DNA from: a virus
Strand: one strand, 5' to 3'
IMG/VR virus record: IMGVR_UViG_3300042898_002514
DNA length: 64,000 nt
Part shown: positions 18,518 to 27,648 of the stretch, one piece after another
Numbering within the stretch: position 1 is the stretch's first letter
How the letters are laid out: every line of letters starts with the position of its first letter
Notes under the pieces: model-generated
Databases searched by the model: none
Told to the model about the DNA's origin: nothing
Seen by the model: the letters and a program-made list of their open reading frames with translations, nothing else
Made by a program: the position numbers and the translations under genes

Positions 18518-19679
18518 TTTAAGTTGGTCGGCCTACGACTTTACCCAAATACCCTACAACGATATTGTTCGTGTAGGACAACGTACAATGTTGTACAAAG
18601 ATCTCTTTACAGTCAGTTGGCTGTTAGGACGTTATTGTAATTACCGTTGTAGCTATTGCTGGCCCTATGCCCGCAGTGATACAAAAGACCACAGACCAAC
18701 CGAACTGTGTTTACGCACAATAGATGAAATCAAACGACAAGCTAGAGAACGCAATTTTAACAGTTTTCATTTTAGTCTTAGTGGCGGCGAGCCTACCTTC
18801 CATCCTGGTTATATTGATATCCTTAATTATCTAAATGATGATGTAGCAAACACAAACTATACTAGCGTACACATGACTAGCAATATGAGTAGACCACTTA
18901 AATGGTTTGAAGAAAAGTATTGTCCTGCTGTTAGTAAATTTCATCGTGCTAGTATCACTGCTAGTTTACATACAGAACACGTAGACACACCCGAGAAGAT
19001 GCAGGAGTTTGCCGACAAACTAATACTATGCCAGCAACACGATGTTCAAATAACTATTAATCAGGTTATGGTTCCTGAATGGTTTGAACGTGATTTTGAA
19101 AATGCTCTGTTCTTTCACAATCAAGGCATCAATGTTACACTAAAGCCTCAGAGTGATCCCACTGCTAGTCGTGTAGTTGATGGATATACTCCTGACATGT
19201 TAAAACGTCTACACAACGGTATGCCGCAACGTGCCTTCACTGAAGATAAAGCAACCAAGACCAAGTTAGTTAAACGTCCTGAACCCAAATTCTTTAAAAC
19301 ACCAGATCCTATTTACAAGCAAGAACACAGTAAAATACCACAGCATTTTCAAGTAGAGTTCGTAGATAAAGAACAGAAGATTTGGTACATGGATCAAGCT
19401 GAACGGTTCAATGCTTTTAATTTTAACAAGTTTACAGATTGGGAATGCTCAAGCGGCTACAGAGGCATTATTATACGTGAACCAGACGGCAGCATTAAAC
19501 GTAGCTATAGTTGCCACGATGCACCGTTAGGTAATATAGAAACAGGATTTCAGCTTTTTGACGGCCCTAAACCTTGTATTAGTCCTAGCTGTGTAAGCAG
19601 TGCAGACAGTAAAATACCTAAAAGAGCGCCAGGTACCAAACTGCCTCTTTGGCCCGGCGACAAAACTTTTGAATCCTAA
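18510..19679 (+). CDS. radical SAM protein
   Basis: CNYRCSYC, SGGEP, C-terminal Cys cluster. Confidence 0.92.
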   Translation: MNDLSWSAYDFTQIPYNDIVRVGQRTMLYKDLFTVSWLLGRYCNYRCSYCWPYARSDTKDHRPTELCLRTIDEIKRQARERNFNSFHFSLSGGEPTFHPGYIDILNYLNDDVANTNYTSVHMTSNMSRPLKWFEEKYCPAVSKFHRASITASLHTEHVDTPEKMQEFADKLILCQQHDVQITINQVMVPEWFERDFENALFFHNQGINVTLKPQSDPTASRVVDGYTPDMLKRLHNGMPQRAFTEDKATKTKLVKRPEPKFFKTPDPIYKQEHSKIPQHFQVEFVDKEQKIWYMDQAERFNAFNFNKFTDWECSSGYRGIIIREPDGSIKRSYSCHDAPLGNIETGFQLFDGPKPCISPSCVSSADSKIPKRAPGTKLPLWPGDKTFES

Positions 19680-19689
19680 TAAATACTTG

Positions 19690-19932
19690 ATGCGAATATT
19701 TGAAGTTATCCAAAACAAAGAATTAGACGAAGAGCCCGCGAGCCGAGCTCTTTGCACGAGCGGCAAACCCAATGCTGCACTAGGTGCCAGTCAACTGGCC
19801 AGCTGCAAGAGCCAAGGCTATCGTGGTCGACACGGCAATAAATCACACAAGATTGGCAATGAGCGCACCACAGTAAAAGGCAAAAGAATCAAGGGCAAGA
19901 AATATGGCGGCCCACTTCCAGACTGGAGTTGA
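19690..19932 (+). CDS. small basic protein with MRIFE N-terminus (putative virion-internal)
   Basis: ATG 4 nt after TAAATA; K/R-rich C-terminal half. Confidence 0.7.
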   Translation: MRIFEVIQNKELDEEPASRALCTSGKPNAALGASQLASCKSQGYRGRHGNKSHKIGNERTTVKGKRIKGKKYGGPLPDWS

Positions 19933-19938
19933 TCTAGA

Positions 19939-20496
19939 ATGCATAGAATCGAAAAAGGAGATTTATTAATATCTCCTCCTAACATGAGCGATTCAAGATT
20001 TGACAAAACAGTGTTACTGGTCACTCATAGTACAAATCGAGGTTCTCTGGCACTCTGTGTAAATCGCCCAACAAGCCATTCAATAAACAGCGTCCTCAAA
20101 GAAATAAACATAGAGCTGGCTCAAGATTTCAATCTCTATTGGGGTGGTCCAGTGGGACTCAACACAGTATGGATGTTACATCACAGTGATTGGAAGATGG
20201 ATTCAACACATAGGATCAATGCCGATTGGTCAATGACCAGCAATGTTGGTATGTTTCATCATCTAGCCGACAACGATTATCCAGAGCGTTTTAGAATATT
20301 TTTTGGACAAAGCAGCTGGGGCCCAGGACAACTTGAAGGCGAGCTACTAGGCGATCCGCCGTGGAGCAGACAACAAAGCTGGCTGACTTTAAAAACACCT
20401 GATCCAGTTTGGCTTTTAGAAACGAATACCAAAGAGATGTGGATAGAATCCACGCAGTTATGCGGAGAACAGGCCACTGACAGTTGGATGGCCTAG
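19939..20496 (+). CDS. YqgE/AlgH (DUF179) family protein
   Basis: LLISPP.M.D..F.KTV, NRP, GGPV, G.S.WGPGQL..EL. Confidence 0.9.
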   Translation: MHRIEKGDLLISPPNMSDSRFDKTVLLVTHSTNRGSLALCVNRPTSHSINSVLKEINIELAQDFNLYWGGPVGLNTVWMLHHSDWKMDSTHRINADWSMTSNVGMFHHLADNDYPERFRIFFGQSSWGPGQLEGELLGDPPWSRQQSWLTLKTPDPVWLLETNTKEMWIESTQLCGEQATDSWMA

Positions 20497-21384
20497 ATGC
20501 AACTTCGCAGTATTAGAGACAATCGATATTTCTATATCGACTGGTGGTTGATGAATCACTGCAATTACAATTGCAGTTATTGTCCTGATATTATAAAAAG
20601 TGGCAGTATTGACTTGCCAAACATCGAACACTGTTTGAAATTTGTTGATCAAGTTAGTGACTTTGCCAAAACCCTAGGCAAAACCTGTAATTATTATTTT
20701 ACAGGAGGGGAAGTTACTCAGTGGCCCTGGCTTGTGGATTTGATAAAACACATCAAGACAAAAAACAGTAACGTATGCATACGAACCAATGCCAGTATGC
20801 CTATTGCAGAATGGAAAACCCTGTTAGATACAGTTGACAGTATAAATCTAGAAGTACATTCAGAACACACTCCGATCAGTCATTTTATGCTATGCTTATA
20901 TGCTGCTAAAAAGAAAAATGTAAACGTAAGTATAACAGTGAGTATGTTGCCGGACCGATGGCAAGAATTAGAAGATACTATTACTAAAATAAAAAAAATG
21001 TGGCCCGATCAACTCGTTCATAGAAAGATGCTGTTTGAAGATCCCGCTATTAACAAACAGCCGATGGAATACAAACTTGAACACGCTGTAAAATTAAAAC
21101 GCCAACACGGAGATTTGATTTACGTTAATGACACAGGAGAAGAAGAATTTTCAGACTTTCAAACTCTTATGCTTGAGAAAAAGAATACGTTTCCCGGACA
21201 ACAGTGTATGGCCGGCGTTGAACAACTAATCGTTGATGCCTGGGGCCGTATAAAACGAGGCCACTGTGGTCAAGGTGGCCTTGTTGGAAAACTAGGAATA
21301 GAATTTACAGGGGTTCAAAACTCTATAATTTGCAAAGCCGATGCCTGTCGCAACGGCTTTGACATCCAAGCTACTAAACAGTAA
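20497..21384 (+). CDS. radical SAM protein
   Basis: CNYNCSYC, TGGE, C-terminal Cys. Confidence 0.9.
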   Translation: MQLRSIRDNRYFYIDWWLMNHCNYNCSYCPDIIKSGSIDLPNIEHCLKFVDQVSDFAKTLGKTCNYYFTGGEVTQWPWLVDLIKHIKTKNSNVCIRTNASMPIAEWKTLLDTVDSINLEVHSEHTPISHFMLCLYAAKKKNVNVSITVSMLPDRWQELEDTITKIKKMWPDQLVHRKMLFEDPAINKQPMEYKLEHAVKLKRQHGDLIYVNDTGEEEFSDFQTLMLEKKNTFPGQQCMAGVEQLIVDAWGRIKRGHCGQGGLVGKLGIEFTGVQNSIICKADACRNGFDIQATKQ

Positions 21385-21889
21385 TTTCTTTTTCGGCAAT
21401 CATATTACGCAGTATATTTTCTACCAGCTGGTTTAGAGTAATGTCCTGTTCGTGTGCCATACGCATAAGTTCAAACATTTTATCATCTTCTAGTTCCAAC
21501 GGAACTGACACTTTTGTATCATAATCTTCACCTGCTTGAATAGCCAAACACTTTTGGATAAAGTCGTCATCTACTTCTAGATCAATATAATTGACATCGT
21601 CCCAGGCTTCGTCTTTGTTGACGTCTCGACGACGAGCTTCTTTTTTATTTTTCTTTTGGAAGTCTGGATTGATCATACGGTATGCACGATTATGCACATA
21701 GTCGTGTACCTGCACTTCGTAAACTGTTTGGTCTTTGGTATCAAAGATGACTGTGAAACTATGCCCGTCGTGATCACCATTCCACGAATCTAATGCATAT
21801 GCATCAGAACCATAGCATTGCCAGCCGTATGCACTACCCTCTGTAATTCGATAACCAACCAATTCCATCCATTCTTTCATATTAATCAT
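21374..21889 (-). CDS. hypothetical phage protein
   Basis: 171 aa with AAGGA RBS. Confidence 0.8.
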   Translation of the reverse strand: MINMKEWMELVGYRITEGSAYGWQCYGSDAYALDSWNGDHDGHSFTVIFDTKDQTVYEVQVHDYVHNRAYRMINPDFQKKNKKEARRRDVNKDEAWDDVNYIDLEVDDDFIQKCLAIQAGEDYDTKVSVPLELEDDKMFELMRMAHEQDITLNQLVENILRNMIAEKEITV

Positions 21890-22072
21890 TTTATATCCTT
21901 TAGGTAATTAAAAACACAGTTGCAAACAAAGAAATAACAAATACCACACTCATCATAGAAGTGAATATAGTTGTTGCCAATACTCCCTCGGTCTCATACA
22001 TAGATAGACCTGTTGTTATAGTAAAAAATATCAACGACATAAACCATACGCTGATATATATTTCGCTAAGTG

Positions 22073-22270
22073 TCATTGTGTGTCCTTGAACTGCCGTTCG
22101 GCAATCATAGTTTCAAAGGTAGCCCACAGTTGTTTGAACTTGTATTCATAAACACAGGCCAATGAGGTCATGTCTGCGGTATTGGCACCTTGAGCTTCCA
22201 TCATGGGAATGTCATCAGTGATCTTCCAGCAGTCCATAATTTGTTGTTCTAAATCAAATCTATCAGTCAT
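22073..22270 (-). CDS. hypothetical protein
   Basis: 65 aa, GGAG RBS. Confidence 0.7.
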   Translation of the reverse strand: MTDRFDLEQQIMDCWKITDDIPMMEAQGANTADMTSLACVYEYKFKQLWATFETMIAERQFKDTQ

Positions 22271-22595
22271 TCTTCTTCTCCGCTAATTGTTGTTCACATT
22301 GGTTAATCGTACGGTCCAGCATGGCCGTTGTGATTTCGTTGAGATTCATTTCAAAATGTTGTTTAACCATGTCTACTCCCTGTCCGCGACTAATCATGTC
22401 ACGCAACATGGGATTTAATGCTTGACAACATTCTGTCACAATCAACCGGGCGAATTTTTCGTTAAACTGTGTATGCCAATCAATGTGACCATCTTCCCAA
22501 ATCTTACCCGGAGTCTTGGATCTTACAGGCGGTGTATATACTTCATTTACATAATCACCAGCCTGTTTAGCAAGTTCTCTAATTCTTTCGTTCAT
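22263..22595 (-). CDS. MNERI/FAxLIV paralog family protein
   Basis: MNERIRELA...EKFARLIVTEC. Confidence 0.8.
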   Translation of the reverse strand: MNERIRELAKQAGDYVNEVYTPPVRSKTPGKIWEDGHIDWHTQFNEKFARLIVTECCQALNPMLRDMISRGQGVDMVKQHFEMNLNEITTAMLDRTINQCEQQLAEKKND

Positions 22596-22707
22596 AAAAA
22601 CCACTCCTTGATATGCCAGACCGCAATGGCGACAATATTAAACCATAAAGCAAACAACACCGTATAGATATACAGCATAGCCCAGCGTCCTGCTCGTTCT
22701 CCTTCTG

Positions 22708-22950
22708 TCATAGCTTCTCTCCGCAATGTGGACACAGTCGGGTATTGGCATTACGCATGTCTTTCAGTGTCCGGTTAAGTTTGCGGGCCTCAGCCAACTG
22801 ACTTTTGATCAGCTTACGATTTCGTTCGTGTTTGGCTTTGCTCAATTCTTCTTTAAGATGCAACTTCATCTTATTCAGTCGACCTTCGAATATTTCGATA
22901 AAGCCCGTTATGCCCGGGCTAGAGCTTGAGGGTGTTCCGCTCGTTTTCAT
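22708..22950 (-). CDS. hypothetical protein with C-terminal CPHCG zinc knuckle
   Basis: 80 aa coiled coil followed by CxxC. Confidence 0.65.
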   Translation of the reverse strand: MKTSGTPSSSSPGITGFIEIFEGRLNKMKLHLKEELSKAKHERNRKLIKSQLAEARKLNRTLKDMRNANTRLCPHCGEKL

Positions 22951-22956
22951 AATATC

Positions 22957-23982
22957 TTATTCACTTTTTAACAAAAATTTATTAGAGATCGCCTTGAACG
23001 AACATTGCATGGCCTTGCTTTTAAACACAACGCCTTCACGTTCACAACCTATCATTCCCATAACTGATTTACCTTCTGCAAAACGCAGAATTCCGTCAAT
23101 GCTGTTGACTCCTAGGGTATCTGACAGTTCAGCCCCAAATGCCAGCACAGGCACGTGTTTGATGTCGTGTTCTTGAACAAATGCCTTGCGTTCGGCAGGA
23201 GTAAAGTACTTGCTGGTATCGATGTCGTAGATATCAAACAAGAAAAATTCCTGTCCTTTTTGCTTGTATGGATTACCTTGGATACCTTCTCCAATCAACT
23301 CACCTTGCAGTGCAAGATTACGATCGGCACGACGAAGCTTCAACTCCAAATCATTGCGTACTGCAACCTTCCACAGGCTGTTGGTTTCGCTGGGCTTGAG
23401 TTCAAGATTACGTGAACACACACCAAACTCTCCATCACGCAGATACACAGTCATTGAGCTGCCATCCAGCTTTTCAGTAACTTCCCAAACGTGTTGTTCT
23501 CTAAGCCAGTAGTCCAATTCTTCTTTCAAGTTTTGAACACGTTCTTGGTCAGTCTTTTGAATCCAACCTGGGAACATGCCCTTGACTTCTCCTGCCAATT
23601 GTGCTGGGATGGGGGCTTCGTATTTCACAATGCCTAGTGGAAATGATACATCGAGTCCTTCAAATAGTTCCGAATCTATCATAGTCAATGTAGACAATGG
23701 CAACAACAGCCCCTGGCTCAACTGTCCTCGAAGCTTCATTGTACGCAGACGTTCGCCTTGAATACCATCAAACACTCTGGGCTCCTTGCCCTTGCTCAAA
23801 AATGGTGCCAGTGCGTGAGGAATCCAAGAATCGATTTCGCAGTACACAGCAAGATCACCTGCGGCATATTCACCCTTCTTAACCACAGCCGTCCATCCAC
23901 CTACGACTGCACATTCGATAGCATCAGCATCCGGGATAGGACGCAGTGCATCAATCTTCCTAATGGTTGCTAACTTCCTCAT
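22957..23982 (-). CDS. ATP-dependent RNA ligase, DRB0094 family
   Basis: RKLATI N-terminus, EKLDGSS, GELIG..IQGN.Y, REGVVFK, FKAISNKFLL. Confidence 0.92.
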   Translation of the reverse strand: MRKLATIRKIDALRPIPDADAIECAVVGGWTAVVKKGEYAAGDLAVYCEIDSWIPHALAPFLSKGKEPRVFDGIQGERLRTMKLRGQLSQGLLLPLSTLTMIDSELFEGLDVSFPLGIVKYEAPIPAQLAGEVKGMFPGWIQKTDQERVQNLKEELDYWLREQHVWEVTEKLDGSSMTVYLRDGEFGVCSRNLELKPSETNSLWKVAVRNDLELKLRRADRNLALQGELIGEGIQGNPYKQKGQEFFLFDIYDIDTSKYFTPAERKAFVQEHDIKHVPVLAFGAELSDTLGVNSIDGILRFAEGKSVMGMIGCEREGVVFKSKAMQCSFKAISNKFLLKSE

Positions 23983-24014
23983 ATCAAGTCCTTTGATTAA
24001 CTGTCTAAGTGTAT

Positions 24015-24043
24015 ATTATACACTCAATATCATTTAATGTCAA
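24015..24043 (-). promoter_or_regulatory. sigma70-type promoter for the RNA ligase
   Basis: TTGACA-17-TATAAT. Confidence 0.85.
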
Positions 24044-24285
24044 CCGTTTTTATTCTCTAACTCTCGAGTCAAGTCATTCATCTTTGCTTTTAGTTTAGGA
24101 TATATTTGTCCCACGCTGATCAAGGTGCTGTGTGCAGTCTTTGGGTCAAATCCGTACTTGAGATGTTGCATCAAATTCAAATGCGCCATTGCAACCAAAT
24201 GCAAGGCCTGATCGGTGTCACGCCGGGCAATTTCTACTCTCTGCTGGGCCCATTCTTCGTGTGCTTTGAGCGGGACTTGATTCAT
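24040..24285 (-). CDS. hypothetical cassette protein
   Basis: Starts in the ATGA of the junction repeat. Confidence 0.75.
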   Translation of the reverse strand: MNQVPLKAHEEWAQQRVEIARRDTDQALHLVAMAHLNLMQHLKYGFDPKTAHSTLISVGQIYPKLKAKMNDLTRELENKNG

Positions 24286-24521
24286 TCTATAACTCCGAAA
24301 TGTTGTTTCATTCTTATCATTGCCAATCGAACACTTTTAGTATCAGCACTACCATCATCTTCACCTTCGACAATGTAGAGACATTCCTCAACAATCAACT
24401 CGGCGAACTTTTCAGTGTAATAGTCCATCCAGTGCCAAGAAATGTCACCGTCAAGATCCTTTGTACACTGATTGGCATATTCTTTTGCGTGGTCAGCCAG
24501 TTCTATGATTCGTTCGTTCAT
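24282..24521 (-). CDS. MNERI/FAELIV/FGVxE paralog
   Basis: All three conserved blocks present. Confidence 0.85.
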   Translation of the reverse strand: MNERIIELADHAKEYANQCTKDLDGDISWHWMDYYTEKFAELIVEECLYIVEGEDDGSADTKSVRLAMIRMKQHFGVIE

Positions 24522-24751
24522 TTTCCAATACCTTCTAATACATTTATCAAACGGTAAATCACTTTTTTCAAATTTTCTTCTGTGAGATAAAGTTCAATCA
24601 TCATGTCCATTTCTGCATCGTTGGATGTGTCTGTCATAGTAAGCATAAATGTACGGGAATTCACAGCAACCGGTCTGAGTGTTAAATCAACAAACCGATT
24701 ATCTGCATCGTATACACATTGTTGAAATATCGCACCGTGATCTATGTTCAT
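24518..24751 (-). CDS. hypothetical cassette protein
   Basis: Starts in the junction repeat. Confidence 0.75.
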   Translation of the reverse strand: MNIDHGAIFQQCVYDADNRFVDLTLRPVAVNSRTFMLTMTDTSNDAEMDMMIELYLTEENLKKVIYRLINVLEGIGK

Positions 24752-24939
24752 TCTTTAACTCCAAAACATACCTTTGCGGCATTCCATCCATACTGAAATG
24801 CTTCCCATTCTAGTTCATCGTAACCGTGCGCACGGCGGCCGTGCCAACCTTTCCAAGTTTGCGACCTTGAATCCGATGTGTCGTCAAGAAACTTGTCAAA
24901 CATATCTGATTGTTCTTGGGTGTCCCAATCTTTTTTCAT
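24748..24939 (-). CDS. hypothetical cassette protein ending FGVKE
   Basis: Bounded by junction repeats at both ends. Confidence 0.75.
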   Translation of the reverse strand: MKKDWDTQEQSDMFDKFLDDTSDSRSQTWKGWHGRRAHGYDELEWEAFQYGWNAAKVCFGVKE

Positions 24940-25169
24940 TCTTCAACTCCAAAACGGTCTTGAATTCTTTGTTCAATCTCATAGCATCTATCCAGCGCCC
25001 AGTCATCGGGTTCAGAAATGTTTCCCACATTACGTGCAATATTAGCGCATTCCTGCACAATCAACTCGGCGAACTTTACTTCGTTAGGCATATATTTCTT
25101 CATAAGGTAGACATCAGCAACCGTGGTTAGCCCAGCCTGTTCAGCAAGTTGTCGAATTCGTTCATTCAT
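24936..25169 (-). CDS. MNERI/FAELIV/FGVEE paralog
   Basis: All three blocks present. Confidence 0.85.
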   Translation of the reverse strand: MNERIRQLAEQAGLTTVADVYLMKKYMPNEVKFAELIVQECANIARNVGNISEPDDWALDRCYEIEQRIQDRFGVEE

Positions 25170-25257
25170 TCTGTCGTTGTCCTTTAATCTTCATTTGAAC
25201 GGTATGCATATATGATAGCTGCTACTATGTAACCTGCAATGAATCCTAAAATAAAAC

Positions 25258-25551
25258 TCATTCTTCAACTCCGAAATGTTCCCGAATCAAATCACCCTGT
25301 GTCTTACCACCTTCGGCAAGGATCCAATCAACTTTTCCGGCGCATTCTTTCACAATCAACTCGGCGAATTCTCTGTAATCAAAATCACTCAACTCTTCAC
25401 GATCACTACCATAGGGTGCAATTAGTCCTGCCTGTCTAGCAAGTTCTTTAATTCGTTCGTTCATACGATGTTTTCCTTGAATTTTAAGTCCTTCAAGTCT
25501 GGATTTCTCCCAACCTGATTCAACGGCTTTGATTAAATCTGGAACAATCAT
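25258..25551 (-). CDS. MNERI/FAELIV/FGVEE paralog (internal MNERI start at 25464)
   Basis: 29-aa leader from the junction ATG is in frame with MNERI. Confidence 0.8.
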   Translation of the reverse strand: MIVPDLIKAVESGWEKSRLEGLKIQGKHRMNERIKELARQAGLIAPYGSDREELSDFDYREFAELIVKECAGKVDWILAEGGKTQGDLIREHFGVEE

Positions 25552-25554
25552 TCT

Positions 25555-25752
25555 TCAACTCCGAAATAGGGCATTGCCCAATTGTTGTTCAAGGTCAGCA
25601 ACTTGTTTTTCATACCGATCAATTCTATTATCCCGGTCATCTTCTACGCTGCTTAATTGTTCCTGCAGATAAGTTATCTGTCCTTTTAAATATATAATCT
25701 CTTGGAGAAGTTCAAAGATTTTTTCTCGCTGAGGATCTTCATCATTGTTCAT
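25555..25752 (-). CDS. hypothetical coiled-coil cassette protein
   Basis: Ends inside a junction repeat read in a different frame (FRS-stop). Confidence 0.75.
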   Translation of the reverse strand: MNNDEDPQREKIFELLQEIIYLKGQITYLQEQLSSVEDDRDNRIDRYEKQVADLEQQLGNALFRS

Positions 25753-25985
25753 TCTTCAACTCCGAACTCTCGTTTAATTTTTACAGCAAGTTTATCATAC
25801 AAAATCCATCGACCATGAAGATCTACCATACTTGCACATTCCTGAACAATCAACTGGGCGAACTTTTTAGCACTCTTTTCACCTTGCCAATAAACAGTAG
25901 GTGGATTACCGTCCCGCATAGGATCACCGTCATGGTGTCGTATGCTATGGGCTTGTTGGTATAGTTCACGAATTCTGTCGTTCAT
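25749..25985 (-). CDS. MNDRI/FAQLIV/FGVEE paralog
   Basis: All three blocks present. Confidence 0.85.
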   Translation of the reverse strand: MNDRIRELYQQAHSIRHHDGDPMRDGNPPTVYWQGEKSAKKFAQLIVQECASMVDLHGRWILYDKLAVKIKREFGVEE

Positions 25986-26200
25986 TCTTCAACTCCGAAA
26001 TGTTCTTTAATCTGTTTAATGTGTTTAATTGACCTTTGATACTTTTCAGTATTGTGGCCATCACGAGTGATACCCATCTGAATAGTCTGAATACATTCTG
26101 CCACAATCAACTCGGCAAACTTGGTCAATTCAACCTCAAACATCTCCGCCACAGCAGTCAACCTAGCATCATCAATTAGTTTATCAATTCGTAGGTTCAT
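25982..26200 (-). CDS. MNLRI/FAELIV/FGVEE paralog
   Basis: All three blocks present. Confidence 0.85.
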   Translation of the reverse strand: MNLRIDKLIDDARLTAVAEMFEVELTKFAELIVAECIQTIQMGITRDGHNTEKYQRSIKHIKQIKEHFGVEE

Positions 26201-26547
26201 ACAATTACTGCTTGCTCTGTGGCTCGTTCATCCCAGATCTTGTAGCTGTAATTCTTGCGTACCCAATTGGCAAAGCTCTGAGCATCTGTAGTGAACCAAT
26301 CTTGAATATCTGTTTTTGTAATGTCGTCATTGCTGGTGAATACGTAGATTTCATAGTGGCGATGACTGTTGAATTGGGCACGAAGTTTCAATGATTGAAT
26401 ACTAAAGCTCATGGGCTTTTCTACCCGCTTGTTTTGTTTGATGGTGTCAAACAAATGATCCTTGGCCCAATTGTCAGGATGATGTTCTGTGATCTCTTCA
26501 AAAAACTCTACACCCTGCTGATCCCAACTGACGATGTAATAACGCAT
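26197..26547 (-). CDS. hypothetical protein
   Basis: 116 aa ORF. Confidence 0.75.
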   Translation of the reverse strand: MRYYIVSWDQQGVEFFEEITEHHPDNWAKDHLFDTIKQNKRVEKPMSFSIQSLKLRAQFNSHRHYEIYVFTSNDDITKTDIQDWFTTDAQSFANWVRKNYSYKIWDERATEQAVIV

Positions 26548-26563
26548 TTTTAATACCTAACAA

Positions 26564-27337
26564 TCAACGCAGTGTAATATTACCTACAACAGCACCTGGC
26601 TTCTGTAGTGCTTCGTCTCGACGCTTTTTATATTCTTCGTTGTCGACCTGCAACAGATTTAAATCCTGTGGTTGAACCCTGCTAACTGCCACAGGTGTAA
26701 TCTGTGGCAATACCACAGGTGTAATCTGTGTCTCAGATACCTGCTTTTTAGTATTTTTATTAATCTCACGATCAATTGCCTCGTCACTATCCTGCTTTAT
26801 TGTTTCACGTTGCAGTTTGTCTTTGAGCAAACGATTAGTATCGCCCATTGGATAGCGAATTAATACAAATGTACGATACGCACGATTCTCGGATATAACC
26901 CGGCTGTCCTCTAAATGATGACCAGTCAATGCTGTATCGGTAATAGTCTTGCGGATCATGAGACTTGAGTAGTCGTTGGTCACTGTACCAGCACTGTCCT
27001 TTCGACTTTGACGGAACACAGAATCAATAACTCCGTTGATCTTGTCTGCTAATTGATGTTGCGCATCGAGCATGGCCTTAGCTCGACTCATTGACAAGTC
27101 TGAACTAACTGCTGTGCCTGTGACAAATACATATTCTTCTGTACTTGCCGGAGCCTTGACATACCAACTAGGTAGATCAATAGTCAACGGTGCTTCTGCT
27201 CTACCTTGCGCAGGTACAGTTTGATCTTTAGTTACTGCTGGAGTAGGACTAGCAATAGGAGAATTAGGCGAAAGTTTTGTACTACTACAACCGCTCAGTA
27301 CCGCCAACACGCATAATGTTATTAGTGTCTTTTTCAT
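26564..27337 (-). CDS. lipoprotein, LPP20-like
   Basis: Lipobox LSGC; P.W...G.A.S......A.KA...A...LA pattern. Confidence 0.7.
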   Translation of the reverse strand: MKKTLITLCVLAVLSGCSSTKLSPNSPIASPTPAVTKDQTVPAQGRAEAPLTIDLPSWYVKAPASTEEYVFVTGTAVSSDLSMSRAKAMLDAQHQLADKINGVIDSVFRQSRKDSAGTVTNDYSSLMIRKTITDTALTGHHLEDSRVISENRAYRTFVLIRYPMGDTNRLLKDKLQRETIKQDSDEAIDREINKNTKKQVSETQITPVVLPQITPVAVSRVQPQDLNLLQVDNEEYKKRRDEALQKPGAVVGNITLR

Positions 27338-27338
27338 C

Positions 27339-27467
27339 TTAGATTCCTACTTTCTTAATGTAATTGCCAGCCTTGTTTAAATCTTCACCTGCCCCCGAAA
27401 CAGCGCCACCAATTGTACCACAAGCAGTAAGTGTCATTAGTACTAAACTTAAAATTACTGTTTTCAT
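27339..27467 (-). CDS. 42-aa entericidin-like lipoprotein
   Basis: MKTVILSLVLMTLTACGTIGGAVSGAGEDLNKAG; lipobox LTAC, G.G.D motif; below the ORF-track cutoff. Confidence 0.65.
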   Translation of the reverse strand: MKTVILSLVLMTLTACGTIGGAVSGAGEDLNKAGNYIKKVGI

Positions 27468-27592
27468 TTTGCCATCTCCTTACTGTGTGTTTTAACTGTG
27501 TCTACTCCATTGTCCAACATCCGAGCAATGCCGGAGAATCCAACAGTTGCTAGGATAAGTCCAAAGACTGTGCCTATAATAAAGTTTCTCAT
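27464..27592 (-). CDS. small membrane protein
   Basis: MRNFIIGTVFGLILATVGFSG...; AAGGT RBS; promoter at 27620-27648. Confidence 0.6.
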   Translation of the reverse strand: MRNFIIGTVFGLILATVGFSGIARMLDNGVDTVKTHSKEMAK

Positions 27593-27619
27593 ATCTACCT
27601 TTCTGTGTGTGAAGTATAT

Positions 27620-27648
27620 ATTATACTGTGAAAATTACCACTTGTCAA
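27620..27648 (-). promoter_or_regulatory. sigma70-type promoter
   Basis: TTGACA-17-TATAAT. Confidence 0.85.

Larger units (their letters stand above)
24282..26000 (-). repeat. seven copies of an 18-nt gene-junction repeat, consensus TTCGGAGTTGAAGAATGA (minus strand)
   Basis: Plus-strand TCATTCTTCAACTCCRAA-like at 24282, 24748, 24936, 25258, 25548, 25749, 25982; degenerate copy at 22267. Confidence 0.92.

Noticed and set aside
24282-26000. Junction repeats as a CRISPR array
   Set aside because: Spacing is 188-466 bp and irregular, the intervals are intact ORFs, and no cas genes are present
22263-26200. Diversity-generating retroelement behind the paralog variation
   Set aside because: No reverse transcriptase in the window; the variable parts differ in length and are not adenine-specific substitutions
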